A stretch of DNA of 64,000 nt, from the NCBI GenBank assembly GCA_010015805.1, contig ML978128.1, forward strand, positions 806,001 to 870,000, in the 5' to 3' direction. Positions 13,887 to 25,044 of the stretch are shown here, in pieces. The notes below the pieces were generated by a model. The model did not search any database and had not been told where the DNA came from. It worked only from the letters and a program-made list of their open reading frames with translations. This DNA is from Rhizodiscina lignyota (Eukaryota). The stretch's first letter is position 1. Every line of letters starts with the position of its first letter. The position numbers and the translations under genes are program-made.

Positions 13887-15354
13887 ATGCCTTCTTCTTG
13901 GTCAAACGTAACTTCTACCGAGCAACAATCTGGTTTCGTGGGCTCTCTTGGAAATTCGACAATGCCCACCAAGTCTGCTCTTAAGTACGTTATGGTGGAA
14001 GACGAAATCTCGCTCAAGGAAGCCATATGCCGCGAAGACTTCATTCCGGTCGACGAAGTGCGCAATGCGATTCTTATCTTCCGAATCCCTGCCGGTCTTG
14101 AGTACACCGTAACGCTTTCCTACGAGTACCTGGTCGCAATATGCCCTGTCCTGGGCTTTAGCTTCGATCAGATGCGCACTGGCAAGAACAAGGATGGCAA
14201 GAACAAGGATGACAAGTGCAAGTACAAGTACGTTTTGGAGGTCAACTCCAAACTTATTGGCATGTCCTTTCTCCGCTACTTGTACATTGGCTCTCACTTG
14301 ATCAAGGATACAAATAACGACCTCGTCGTTCTTAACGACCTTCTCTACCATGCTGAGATGTATCAGTTGGGTTGTATGTTCGCCATTGAAGAACTCACGA
14401 AGGATGCGAAGCTTCACATGCTATATGTGACGAACGTGTCGTGCAGTTTTCCTACACCTCCAGTTCATCTCTTCGACGCTACTCGCTTCGTCTACGAGCA
14501 CTTGAAGGACGAGAAGGACGTCATCGACCTCATCCAGCAATACTTCGTCGGCTGCTTCACGCAGCACTCGCTCAGGTCTCACAGCGAGTTTATGATGCTG
14601 ATCATCGACGTCCCTAGCTTTGGCATCGATCTTTGCAAGACGAACTGTGAGCGCAACTTCGTAGACGAAGGTACGTTTAATAAAACTTTCAGGTTTTCTG
14701 TAAATCTTAGAACAGCAGTAACATGTCGCAGGAGCCCAAGATATCGTCGCGCTTGATATCGCTATCAGGGAAGAAGAGAAGCCGGAGGTCTTAGCGCAGC
14801 GCACCGCCATGCGAGACTTCGTGCGCGACTTTTGGGGCCCAAACACCTTTACCAATCGAACTGGTTACGATCTCCACGACACCGATACCGACGCAGATGC
14901 AGATGCAGATGCTAGTGTCTATCGCAAGTACGTCCACGTGCGTCACCCGAAGTCAACTTCTGCGAAATCGGACGCTTCTCAGGATGAACTCTCAACCGAC
15001 GGCGAGTGGGCCACAATCATGAGCGACTACAACGACTCTTGGGATCAAGTTGTCAAGGGAAAGGCCAAAGCTCGGTCATCCTCGTCATCTCCAGAACCCT
15101 CTGATACTCCGTCACGCCGCGTTACACCGACGCAGTCCAACACGGGCCTTGATAGCGACTGGGAGCTGCCTTCAGCCGACGAGAACGACCTCAATGACGA
15201 GAACGACCTCAATGACGAGAACGACCTCAATGACGAGAACGACCTCAATGACGAGAACGACCTCAATGGAGCCGATGCCGACGAATCTGAGTTCGACGAG
15301 ATCTCCGACGAAGGCTTCGACTTCGAATTCTTTGACGGCCTTCACTTGGTCTAG
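13887..15354 (+). CDS. BTB/POZ-like fungal protein with acidic C-terminal tail
   Basis: First in-frame ATG is at 13887, but the frame is open from 13680. Intron 14671-14731 (GTACGT...CAG) joins the ORFs as FVDEG-AQDIVAL. Segments VAICPVL, FLRYLYIG and LLYHAEMYQLG resemble degenerate fungal BTB domains. Confidence 0.65.
15178..15267 (+). repeat. Perfect coding minisatellite, 18 bp x5 (GACGAGAACGACCTCAAT, encoding DENDLN)
   Basis: Five exact tandem copies read directly from the sequence. Confidence 0.98.
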
Positions 15355-15934
15355 GTCTGTATCCGCCAACCTCCGTGGTCCGTGGACCGGCCCATGTACA
15401 TGTAACGTACATACGCATATGAGGCGTTAGGAATCAAAAGGGAATACTGCATCATCGGCGGCTCATGCCGGTACATCTGCTTGTCACGTTTTACGAAAGA
15501 AAAAAGCTTAAAAGGACTCCAAAAAAAATTCTTGCATCACGACTGCGTTGCATTTCTGGGTATCAAAGGGCATAGCGGTGTGGATAATCGTATGGGTCTC
15601 TGCCGTAGTACTTGGATCGTTTCATGTATCTTACATGTATTCGAACGTACATACGCACGGCGACTACTTTCCACGGTCTACGAAAGGGAAAAAAGAAACA
15701 AAAAAGAACAAAAAAAAAAGAATCTGCATTATGACGGCGTTACGATTCTGTTTTCGATGAAACACACAAAGTTCTCACATGAAAGAACACACGACTTGCG
15801 AGGGGGGTATCAAAATGAGCAGCATGTCATGTGAGAGGTGACATCCTCCTCTAGGACATCCTCCTCTGGAAGTAGATAACCAAGTTCCTTGATGATGCAA
15901 ATATGCAATAAAATACAATTCACAAAACCCGTGC

Positions 15935-17721
15935 TTATGCCTTCTCAATTGACAAATCGCTCTTCTCTAGGTCTCGCGACCTATCATGCTCCTCCTCTTT
16001 GCTCTCATCGTTCTCTATTTCATCTTCCTCTGCTATTTCCTCTAGTGCTTTCTCCGTGTTTGTCATCTCTTTCAACGAGCCTTTCTCAATGTCGACCTCA
16101 ACCTCAGGTGCACCCGGAGCAATAGGTCCCTCTTCTCTAGGTTTCGTGAAGCTCCAACCTCCACCCCAGCCAATCCATCCTGTCTCGTTCGGCCCTCTCA
16201 ACGCGCAAAAGATAAGCGCTAGAACGCTGAATCCCACGCTCGTGCTGCCACTAGCAATCCAGCCACCCTCCGCATAAATATGGTTCCCAGCTGCGGTTCC
16301 CATAAGCTGCCCGAGGAACGTCGCCACCATGAACGCAGTGTTGATCCTGTTGCGGCCCTTGGGCTCGACGGCGTAGATTGCCGAGCGATTCGCCACCTGC
16401 GCAATCTGCATTCCCGCATCGTTGAGCATGGCCTGGATGATGGGGCCAGCGACAGTGTGCGTACCCGCATACGTGCCGATACAGATGCCGATAAGGCCGA
16501 TAATATCGCCGAGAATGACGCTGAAATGCGGGATGAATCGGTCTGTGATGAAGCGCGCAAACAGAGGACTCATGAAGAATGGAACCATCCCCAGCAGCGC
16601 GAAGAGGCCAATGACGACCGGAGAGTAGAAATATGGAGCGCCGGCGAGCAGGAAGGTCAGCGTAGTCCAGTAGCTCGTGAACGTCGCGGACATGCAGATG
16701 GAAATCAGACACGCCTGCACCAGCACTGGGTGCTTCGTGAGCATCGTCAGGATGCTGAATAGCAGCTTGAAGTATCCGATGCCGGTGTTGGTGCGTGGGT
16801 AGTCTGGCATGAAGAGCCACATCAACGCGAAGACGAGATACTGCATGCCGAGCGAGAACCAGTAGATGGCGCGCCAGGTGACGAAGTTGGTCAGCGTGCC
16901 GGAAAGAAGTCGAGCGATAAGGATGCCCATGATGAAGCCGGCGACTACAATGCTGAGGGATGTGGCCTTCCGGTTTGCCGGAGCTAGTTCACCGACGAGA
17001 GGGAGCATGAGCTGAGGAGTGACCGTTGTGATGGAGATGATGAAGGAGATGCTACAAAGATCAGTCTCAACACTAGCATAACATGTGGTTCGAGGTATAT
17101 TTACCCAGTGAAGACGGCGAGAGAGTTGGTGACGCAGAGTCCGATCCATAGCGTCGCTGTGAAGAGGACAAGGGATAGCGTGAATGGTCTTCTCGGGAAT
17201 ATGTCTGCTAATGGACATAGAAACAGTAGACTTTCTCGCAGATTAGCAAAGGCTTGAATTCTCTCTTTTGAGGATGGATTCGCTTACCCGACGGCGTAGC
17301 CAGCCTGCTGGACGGTAGGAATCTCAGAGACCTTTTCATCTGGTACATGGAAAGTATCCGCTCTAAGGAAGGTCAGTTTTTGAGAATCTACAGTATCCAG
17401 AATATGAAATTCTTTCTGCTAGCCAATTGAGGAAAATTTTGTGACGTACAAGATGTTCAAGATGGGATGGCTGTAATACAGATTCGCTACGGTGAACGCT
17501 CCGGCGAATGCAAAGAGAACATTGAGGCCCATTGAGAAGCCCGGTGGGTTTTCGGGGTCCCATCTGCAATTCGGGGGGACGTATGTGATCGCATGGTAAA
17601 ATTTTCGCCAGATTAAGGATAATGTTTTCGAAGATTTCTCGATCTGTGGCTCGTGAGAGGATATGGAATCCGATGATGAAGAAGCCTGCTCCGCAGGCGC
17701 GGCCGCTTTCTCGTCCAACAT
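15935..17721 (-). CDS. MFS transporter (uncharacterised, YnfM/YgaY-like group)
   Basis: Exons 17721-17450, 17362-17288, 17230-17105 and 17051-15935. Motifs ANLYYSHPILN, QQAGYAVGLLFLCPLADIFPRR, GILIARLLSG and GRNRINTAFM; about 12 hydrophobic segments. Confidence 0.92.
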
Positions 17722-18840
17722 CCTGCGTCAGACCTCGTAAACTCTATAAAATCTTAAAAATTATGCTCAACTGGATATCCATCGTACAATATATACAGCT
17801 TTTCGGTGGAATTGGGGTCAGCGAGGTACTTAAATCAATTTTCTTCCCACCGCTATCTACATTTCTACGGGCATTAGAAATAGCATGGGTCGGCTCCTCG
17901 AAATCCTAAGCTAAATTGCAAGCTCTCTGCCGATGTCCCGTGCAGCTGCAGCATGCGAGAGTGGTGGTGACGCCTCGAGCTGCCGATGCCGATAAATTCA
18001 CGTGTCGTTAGCTGCTGGCTGGAGCGCGTCTCGTCGCAGTGACCTGGGTATCCTATTTGGACGACGAACGGGGACAGACCGTCCGCTCTAAACTAGAGCG
18101 GCTACAATGTCAAGTTGAACCAGTTTAGTTCAGATGTTGACAGCTCTATGCGCTCAGTTCTGATGAAAGTACTCCACACCAGGCTTCTCGTCTCTCCAAG
18201 GTCGTGCGTCATAAAGAAACGTTAAGCTTCCTCAAATCGTTCTGGAATTACTAATGGACTCGTCCCAAGAGCCACCTTGGTCAGAATATCAGCCTGTGCC
18301 ATACTGTGGATGTCATTTCTGATGGATATCGTACTTGCATATGTCGACACTATCCACACTTCTCTCGTCTAACTCAAAGTTAGACTTCTGCAACGCCCTC
18401 CATAATCACCTCACCGGCTGCGGCAGTTTCCAAAAACCTCGATTCAGCCATGCATAGACAGCTCCCGCTCTTAGTTACTTTATCGTCTCTTTACTTTCAC
18501 ACTGTTCAGGAGTCTGCAATGGATTGCAATGGTTTGTCAGCATAATCACAACTGATTCCCTGGTTCCCTGAGAAACAGCTGATGCGTTTAGAGTATCCAT
18601 GAGTATGCTGGAACCCTTCTTTTTCCTCACCCCCGCCCTCTATCAATACCGTCATGTCTCCCTTTATAAAGATTTGCAACCCACAAGCACTATTTCTTAG
18701 AGCCTTCCCGAAAGTTTCAAATCCTAGCAACGTCTATTTGAAAGGGGATGAGTTCGACTCGCGTAAACTGTGTGAGACGACCAGCTCACGTCTTCTTGTA
18801 TGTACATCAGTAACAGTCGAGGGAAGGTGGAGTGGGCATT

Positions 18841-20892
18841 ATGGAGAACGGAAATATTCCCAAATTGATTTGCGATGATTGCCAGCGCATTGATTTCGAA
18901 AAGGTCCTTAACCTCACAATGGACGAGCTGCAGGATGCGGATAAAGGCATTCTCATTGCAAAATTCGTTGACAGGTACGTTCAGGAACCAAAAAACAAAT
19001 GCCCTCTGTCGAATCTTCTACAACAACGATTTCCGCCACAATTCAGAATCGGAACTTCGCGCCTACTCATTGACGAGTCACCCGACTGGTTACGGTTTCC
19101 CAAATGGCTGGTATCTTTGGGGCACTGGCATCACAGACACCCCCCATCCAGCCGTCATCCCCTCCAAAGCTAGCCTAGAAAATTTAGTATGGAGAATTAG
19201 ACACTATGCCGAACAATGGGCTCCTCTCTTCCTTGTGAGGCCTTCGTCGTCAAATCAACCGGTTTTCTTAGCGCGGCTCATTGACGAGTACATTGACTTC
19301 TCAATAATCAAGGAATGGATTGGATATTGCGAAGCTCACCACTTAGAGTCATGTGGAAGCCACGTTAAGCCTATCCATGGGATGAAGCTCATCGATTGCC
19401 GTGGCGCCTCTCCAATTCTCATTCCAGCTCCAAGCTCATGCTTATATGCTGCTCTTAGCTATGTCTGGGGACAGCAGACCTCGACAATAGGCAATGGACC
19501 TTCTGAGCGACAGGAGAATGGCCTCGGTGTCTTGGATTCGCTGCCGCTCACAATTAGAGATGCCATCATAGCTTGTCAAAGGATTGGAATACCCTTTTTA
19601 TGGGTTGACCGATATTGTATCGATCAAAGCGACCAGAAGGAGATACACGACCAAATCTCGCAATGGATGCCATCTATGAGAATGCGCACGTTACATTTAT
19701 TGCCGCAACTGGTTCCGATGCCGAATCTGGTCTACCTGGTGTTTCTTTCGGTCGTCGAACTGCTCAAGCTCAAGTTCAATTTGGCGACCTGCAACTGTTA
19801 TCAACGATGCGCCATCCGAGCTTGTTGATTTACACATCGACTTGGTCTAAGAGGGGTTGGACTTTCCAGGAGGCATTGCTTTCATGCCGTCGCCTCTTTT
19901 TCACCGAAGACCAGGTCTATTTTGAGTGTCGCAGTATTCATTGTCAAGAGACCGTTAAAGTAGACTTTGACTTTATTCGCTCGAAATCGAAAAAAAGCGG
20001 CGACTCGTACCATTCACCTGGTCTATTCAACATGCTCAGCAATCAAGAAACCGACATGTCCATAGCCGCAGAGTTACCGAAAACTCTCATAGCAGCGTAC
20101 GGTCTCATTAGCAAGTTTTCTGAGAGAAAACTCAGTCTGGAATCAGACTCCCTGAGAGCATTCCTTGGTATTTTGAGGTACTTGAGCAGATTGCAGCCAT
20201 CCGTTAGACACTTCTGGGGCCTCCCTGTGGCTGTCAACGAAGACTTGGCAAACATTACGGAAGATTTCACGCGAGGCCTTCTGTGGTCCCGTAGGACTCC
20301 CGACAGAGAGCAAAGACGCTCACAATTCCCCTCTTGGAGCTGGACCAGTTGGGCCGGACCCGTTTCCTTCTTTTATCTCGAAAGTTCCAATTTTCTGCCG
20401 AGATGTCGACCAAAGATTGAGCTTGAATTCGAAGAGGGCTCTCAAATGGGGCTGTCTACCGCCATGGTTAGCCCGATGTTCTCCACATGCAGCGACTTCT
20501 ACCCGATAGCGCTACATGTTGAGTGTACCGTCATCCTTCCTGCAGCGCTCGAATTTAGCAAAGTCAACCTCACGGGAATGCGCCCAAAACTGTTCAATGC
20601 CCCTGTTAACATAATTTACTCAGAGCCATTAGTCGACCTATCCGATGTCTACATAATGCTGGAGACACAGGAAGTGGAACTGCTGTTACTATATTCTACT
20701 CCCGAACCGGCACAAATAGCTGGACTGCTCGTAAAACATTACTACGGCTATGCACTACGCGTCGGCATGTGGGAGTGCTCGATAGCTCTTGACAGCACTG
20801 TAGATGGCAATCTTGCGGTACGGATTGGTAATTCTGTGCACGATTTGAAATTGGACCTGCATTGGAAGAGGAAAAGAACGCGGATAGTGTAA
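18841..20892 (+). pseudogene. HET (heterokaryon incompatibility) domain gene interrupted by two apparent frameshifts
   Basis: HET motifs are spread over three frames: CDDC, YAALSYVWG, LPLTIRDAI, LWVDRYCIDQ, MDAIYENA, WSKRGWTFQE and FPSWSWTSW. Frame changes at ~19005 and ~19662. Confidence 0.8.
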
Positions 20893-21266
20893 CTAGCTGA
20901 GAGGAACTTTGCTCAACCTTGCGATTCAATGCCTTGCGATTCATTCAAACACACTAAATAGCGTTTGTTCCAAGCAGAGTTGCCGTGCAATAGCTGTTAC
21001 CAGCCAAATAAGGTGTGGCGTGGCGTTCCGATGTGGCTTGGAAATCAGATTGATTATGTAACAATGGCTTGGCATTCATGTATATTCTCTCCGCCGCAAC
21101 TTTTTGAATTGCTAGCACACCTCTTTCACGACAACGTACACACGAACGATCCTTCGCTTGCGCAACTTTCTTGTCTTCAAAGCTTCACCTTGAAGTCTTA
21201 AGGCGACACATCTGAATGATTTTCGACTTAATCTTCGCCTTCACTCTCGCCTTCGCCGTGTAAAAG

Positions 21267-22448
21267 ATGCCTCCAGTTAATGCGATCAAGCACGACGTGA
21301 ACAGGTCCGGAAAAGAAAGCCAGGACTTCCCCTCAGTGTGCGAGAACTGCCTTCCAGATGCGAATTTTGTTCAAATGCTGAAGGAGGAGTACGGCGCCGA
21401 ATGCAAAATATGTAGCCGGCCCTTCACGATCTTCAGATGGAAGGCGGATCGAACTGCGCGCCAAAAGAGGACCAACATCTGCCTCACATGCGCTCGTCTG
21501 AAAAACTGTTGTCAGTGTTGCATGCTTGACTTGAGTTATGGACTTCCGATCACTGTCCGCGACGCCGCATTGAAGATGGTTGCTCCAGGACCACAAAGCG
21601 AAGTCAACAGGGAATACTATGCTCAAGAGCATGAGAAGGCCATCGAGGAAGGTCGTGGTCCTATGGAGGCTTATGAGAAGACGGAGGAGAAGGCTAGAGA
21701 GCTGCTCACGCGGTTAGCGAACAGCGAGCCATATTACAAAAAGCAGAGGAGGCTAGAGTTGGAGGCAGAAGAGAAGGGAGAGCCGGTGCAAAAGGCACTG
21801 CCAGCACCCGGTGGAGACAAGCACACACCTGGACCTATCCGACCTCGAGATTCAAGATACGGAACGGCTTCAGCGATGAGAGGAAGCTCAAGCGGCGCTA
21901 GAGGTGGCAGAGGCGGCAAAAGAGGCGGGAAGGTATTTCCAAGCGCAACTCAATTACCTCCCCAGCCACAAGATATTCTACCACCCGCGGATAAACAGAT
22001 CATGTCGTTGTTCGTCACAGGCGTAGAGGATGACCAACCGGAGCACGAAATCCGAACGTTCTTCTCTCAGTTTGGAAATATCCGATCATTAGTCTGTTCA
22101 CATCGTTCACATTGCGCATTCATCAACTACAATACGAGGAAGGGCGCGGAAGCGGCTGCTGAAGCATGTCAAGGAAGAGCAGTGGTGAAAGGTGTGCCAC
22201 TGAGAGTACAGTGGGGCCGACCAAAGACGCTGGATACGATGGATCGGGATATCCGGCTTGAGTACGCAAGATCGGGAAGGAATACGGCGCAAGCAGCGAA
22301 GGCGGCACAGCTACCAGCGGCAGTGGGCAGTTCTGCAGCCAACCAGATTACGGACGCGCCACAGGATGAGGATCTGGATAGCTTGGCTAACATTGCGGCA
22401 CCACCGGGTTCGGAAGACGTCAATTATGCCAGTTTGGCTGGAAACTGA
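21267..22448 (+). CDS. SLT11: Pre-mRNA splicing factor Slt11/Ecm2 (RBM22 family)
   Basis: Intronless 393-aa ORF with DFPSVCENCL, ECKICSRPFTIFRW, ICLTCARLKNCCQCCMLDL and a C-terminal RRM (HCAFINY...LRVQWG). Confidence 0.95.
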   Translation: MPPVNAIKHDVNRSGKESQDFPSVCENCLPDANFVQMLKEEYGAECKICSRPFTIFRWKADRTARQKRTNICLTCARLKNCCQCCMLDLSYGLPITVRDAALKMVAPGPQSEVNREYYAQEHEKAIEEGRGPMEAYEKTEEKARELLTRLANSEPYYKKQRRLELEAEEKGEPVQKALPAPGGDKHTPGPIRPRDSRYGTASAMRGSSSGARGGRGGKRGGKVFPSATQLPPQPQDILPPADKQIMSLFVTGVEDDQPEHEIRTFFSQFGNIRSLVCSHRSHCAFINYNTRKGAEAAAEACQGRAVVKGVPLRVQWGRPKTLDTMDRDIRLEYARSGRNTAQAAKAAQLPAAVGSSAANQITDAPQDEDLDSLANIAAPPGSEDVNYASLAGN

Positions 22449-22555
22449 ATGGATTCGTGGAATGATTTTCCATAGCATGGCGTTGGTGGACTTTAAAAGG
22501 CTTTGGATCACTTGATCCACATACGAGGCATGGAACAGCAATCGATAAGAATCTG

Positions 22556-23019
22556 CTATAATTGGCCACATTTTCCAGTGACATTACTGTTCAGTCCAGT
22601 GCCTCCCATCAATGTCTCGTTGTCCCCAAGCTCAGTTTCTTGATGGATTCTCAGTTCTATTAATATCAGCATAAGACCCCGTCCAAACTGGTTTATACGT
22701 TCCACATACTGTACTTCGAACCGTCCGAGTCCGTAGCTTTCCCTTGAACAACATTTTCTCGCAATATCTGAGCTACGCCTTCGGCATGCTGTATCCCACT
22801 CAACGCCGCCTCTCCACCCGGTGGGAGCGTCTTGTTCCCCTCGAAACCTTCGCGGGCCGCGGATCGGGCAGCTGTGAGGCGGATTGAGTCGCCTAAGAGT
22901 GGACAGTATTAGCTATTAACTGGTAGAATGAAGTCAATGGAATTCGGACCTTCGAATGCGATGCGCGCGGAGCGCAGGACGTGTCTGTACGCGGCTAATG
23001 CCATTTCCCGGGCTGCCAT
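22556..23019 (-). CDS. MZM1: Mitochondrial zinc maintenance protein 1 (LYR-motif complex III chaperone, LYRM7)
   Basis: Not in the ORF track. Exons 23019-22950, 22892-22710 and 22656-22556 (introns 22949-22893, 22709-22657). Translation MAAREMALAAYRHVLRSARIAFEGD...HAEGVAQILRENVVQG...KLRIHQETELGDNE... matches Mzm1 signatures. Confidence 0.92.
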
Positions 23020-23245
23020 GAAACTTGAAGGAGTAAATTATTATCTGAAATTCATTTTCTCGGGATCCTCAGGTATCGAAGGTTTGAACTATCTAGAGTC
23101 TCTTAAAACTGAAGTGAAGCTCTTAGCCACCCTTAGCCCCTGCTCGAAAAAGTTCAGGATCTTCCGAAGATCTTCCGGCCGCCGCATATTTTCACCTCCG
23201 CCGAACTCAACCTTTTTTTGACCACAGTAATATTCGCCCATCACC

Positions 23246-24580
23246 ATGGCGGCAATTACCATCAACCTCCCCCTTCCGGTTCTTCCGGAGGGCTGGAGCG
23301 CAGAGAAAGACTTCAAAGCTATTTCCTCTCTTTCACCTGCCACTCAGCGAAATGTCGAGCCCGTGGGGCCTCACTTCCTAGCCCACGCCCGCAGAAAGCG
23401 ACACAAGCGCACCTTCTCCGAAGACGAGCGCATCCAAGCCCAAGAGAACGTCAAGAAGGTCGAAGATGATGACGCCGGCGAGATCAGTGAGGAGGAGGAT
23501 CCGCTGATGCTGCAGCGTGATGCGAAGGACTGGAAAGGACAGGACCATTATGCCGTCCTGGGGCTGTCGAAGTACCGCTACAAGGCTACGGAGGACCAGA
23601 TCAAGCGCGCGCACAGGAAGAAGGTGCTGAGGCATCACCCGGATAAGAAGGCCGCGTCGGGCAAGACCGAGGACGACTCGTTCTTCAAATGCATTCAGAA
23701 AGCGACTGAGACGCTGCTCGACCCTGTCAAGCGCCGCCAATGGGACAGCGTCGACCCCGGCGCGGATTTGGAGCCTCCCTCCAAGAAGCAAGTCCAGAAG
23801 GGCAACTTCTACAAGCTCTGGGGCCCCGTGTTCGAGAGCGAGGGCCGCTTCTCCAAGAAGCAGCCGGTGCCCAAGCTGGGCGACGAGAAGAGCTCGAAGG
23901 AGGCGGTGGAGGGCTTCTACGACTTCTGGTCCTACTTCGACAGCTGGCGCACCTTCGAGTACGAGGACGAGGACGTGCCGGACGACAACGAGAACCGCGA
24001 CCAGAAGCGGCACGTGGAGCGCAAGAACGCGAACGCGCGGCGCAAGAAGAAGACGGAGGACACTGCGCGCTTGAGGAAGCTGGTCGAGGACGCGATGGGC
24101 ATGGACGAGCGCCTGAAGCGCTTCAAGAAGCAGCAGTATGAGGAGAAGAACAAGAAGAAGATTGAGCGCGAGGCGGCGGCCGCGAAGGCGAAGGAGGAGG
24201 AGGCCAAGAGGAAGGAGGAAGAAGCGAAATTGGCGAAGGTGAGGGAGGAGCAGGAGAAGGCGCAGAAGGCGGACGCGAAGAAGGCCAAGGAGGCGGCCAA
24301 GAATGCGGCGAAGAAGAACAAGCGTGTTGTTAGAGGCGCGGCGAAGGATGCGAATTACTTCCACGAGGGAGGCGATGCGTCCGCGGCGGAGATTGATTCC
24401 GTGCTGAACGATGTCGATCTGGTGATTACGAAGGTGGATAATGAGGAGTTGGCGGATCTAACTGCCAAGCTGAACGGCAAGAAGGGTGCTGGAGAGATCA
24501 AGGCCGTCTTCGTGGACGAGGTGAAGAGGCTGGTCGGTGCTGGGAAGATGAAGGAGGGCGAGGCTAAAAACTTTTCGTGA
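23246..24580 (+). CDS. ZUO1: Zuotin, ribosome-associated J-domain co-chaperone
   Basis: Intronless 444-aa ORF with EPVGPHFLAHARR, a J-domain HPD (HHPDKK), FDSWRTFEY and a charged helix; strong G/C-ending codon bias. Confidence 0.97.
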   Translation: MAAITINLPLPVLPEGWSAEKDFKAISSLSPATQRNVEPVGPHFLAHARRKRHKRTFSEDERIQAQENVKKVEDDDAGEISEEEDPLMLQRDAKDWKGQDHYAVLGLSKYRYKATEDQIKRAHRKKVLRHHPDKKAASGKTEDDSFFKCIQKATETLLDPVKRRQWDSVDPGADLEPPSKKQVQKGNFYKLWGPVFESEGRFSKKQPVPKLGDEKSSKEAVEGFYDFWSYFDSWRTFEYEDEDVPDDNENRDQKRHVERKNANARRKKKTEDTARLRKLVEDAMGMDERLKRFKKQQYEEKNKKKIEREAAAAKAKEEEAKRKEEEAKLAKVREEQEKAQKADAKKAKEAAKNAAKKNKRVVRGAAKDANYFHEGGDASAAEIDSVLNDVDLVITKVDNEELADLTAKLNGKKGAGEIKAVFVDEVKRLVGAGKMKEGEAKNFS

Positions 24581-25044
24581 TATCATGAGTTATCGATCGA
24601 TTGATATATATGCGTTGCAGTTATCTCATCATTACAGCTCATATTGGGGAAAGACTGGTTGCTGAGTTGGACTCTTGGACTCGAGAACATAGAGCGTAGC
24701 TAGATCAGATCCTTCAAATTTAGGAATTCACACGGTCACTCTACCGCAAACTTGCTCATGCGTTTGTTGAATTGATTCTTTGATTTGTGACCTTCCATTG
24801 GCCCAGGGCCCCAGAAGTAGAGCCAGTTCGCTATCCATATTCTACATCATAATGAGCTCCTTCGTTGAAGAGCTGTTTAATTAGCCATTATCCTGGCCTC
24901 ATTTCATCAAGCAAACGTCAGTCTGTATCTGCAAAGCAAATGCGGCCTCTCGCTTCGAGCAAGAGGTCCATGGTATCATGCACAATCTAATAACACCATC
25001 CCAGTGAGGTGTGCATTCCCTCACGTGTGTATCTGATTCAAAAA

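Noticed and set aside
9461..17721. Secondary-metabolite cluster (DUF3445 protein plus MFS transporter)
   Set aside because: No PKS, NRPS, terpene synthase or pathway-specific transcription factor in the window.
17950..18830. Possible gene remnant upstream of the HET gene
   Set aside because: No frame gave a recognisable motif, so I cannot support a call.
22780..22910. GC-rich segment with apparent long stem (ACTCAA..CCGCCTC / GAGGCGG..TTGAGT) suggesting a structured ncRNA
   Set aside because: It is mostly exon 2 of MZM1 on the minus strand, and it lacks RNase P/MRP, SRP, snRNA or riboswitch consensus motifs.
23378..24364. 328-aa antisense ORF over ZUO1, and similar antisense ORFs over the TFIIB, MscS, NmrA and MFS genes
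   Set aside because: Expected shadow of strong G/C-ending codon bias on the coding strand; no recognisable motifs.
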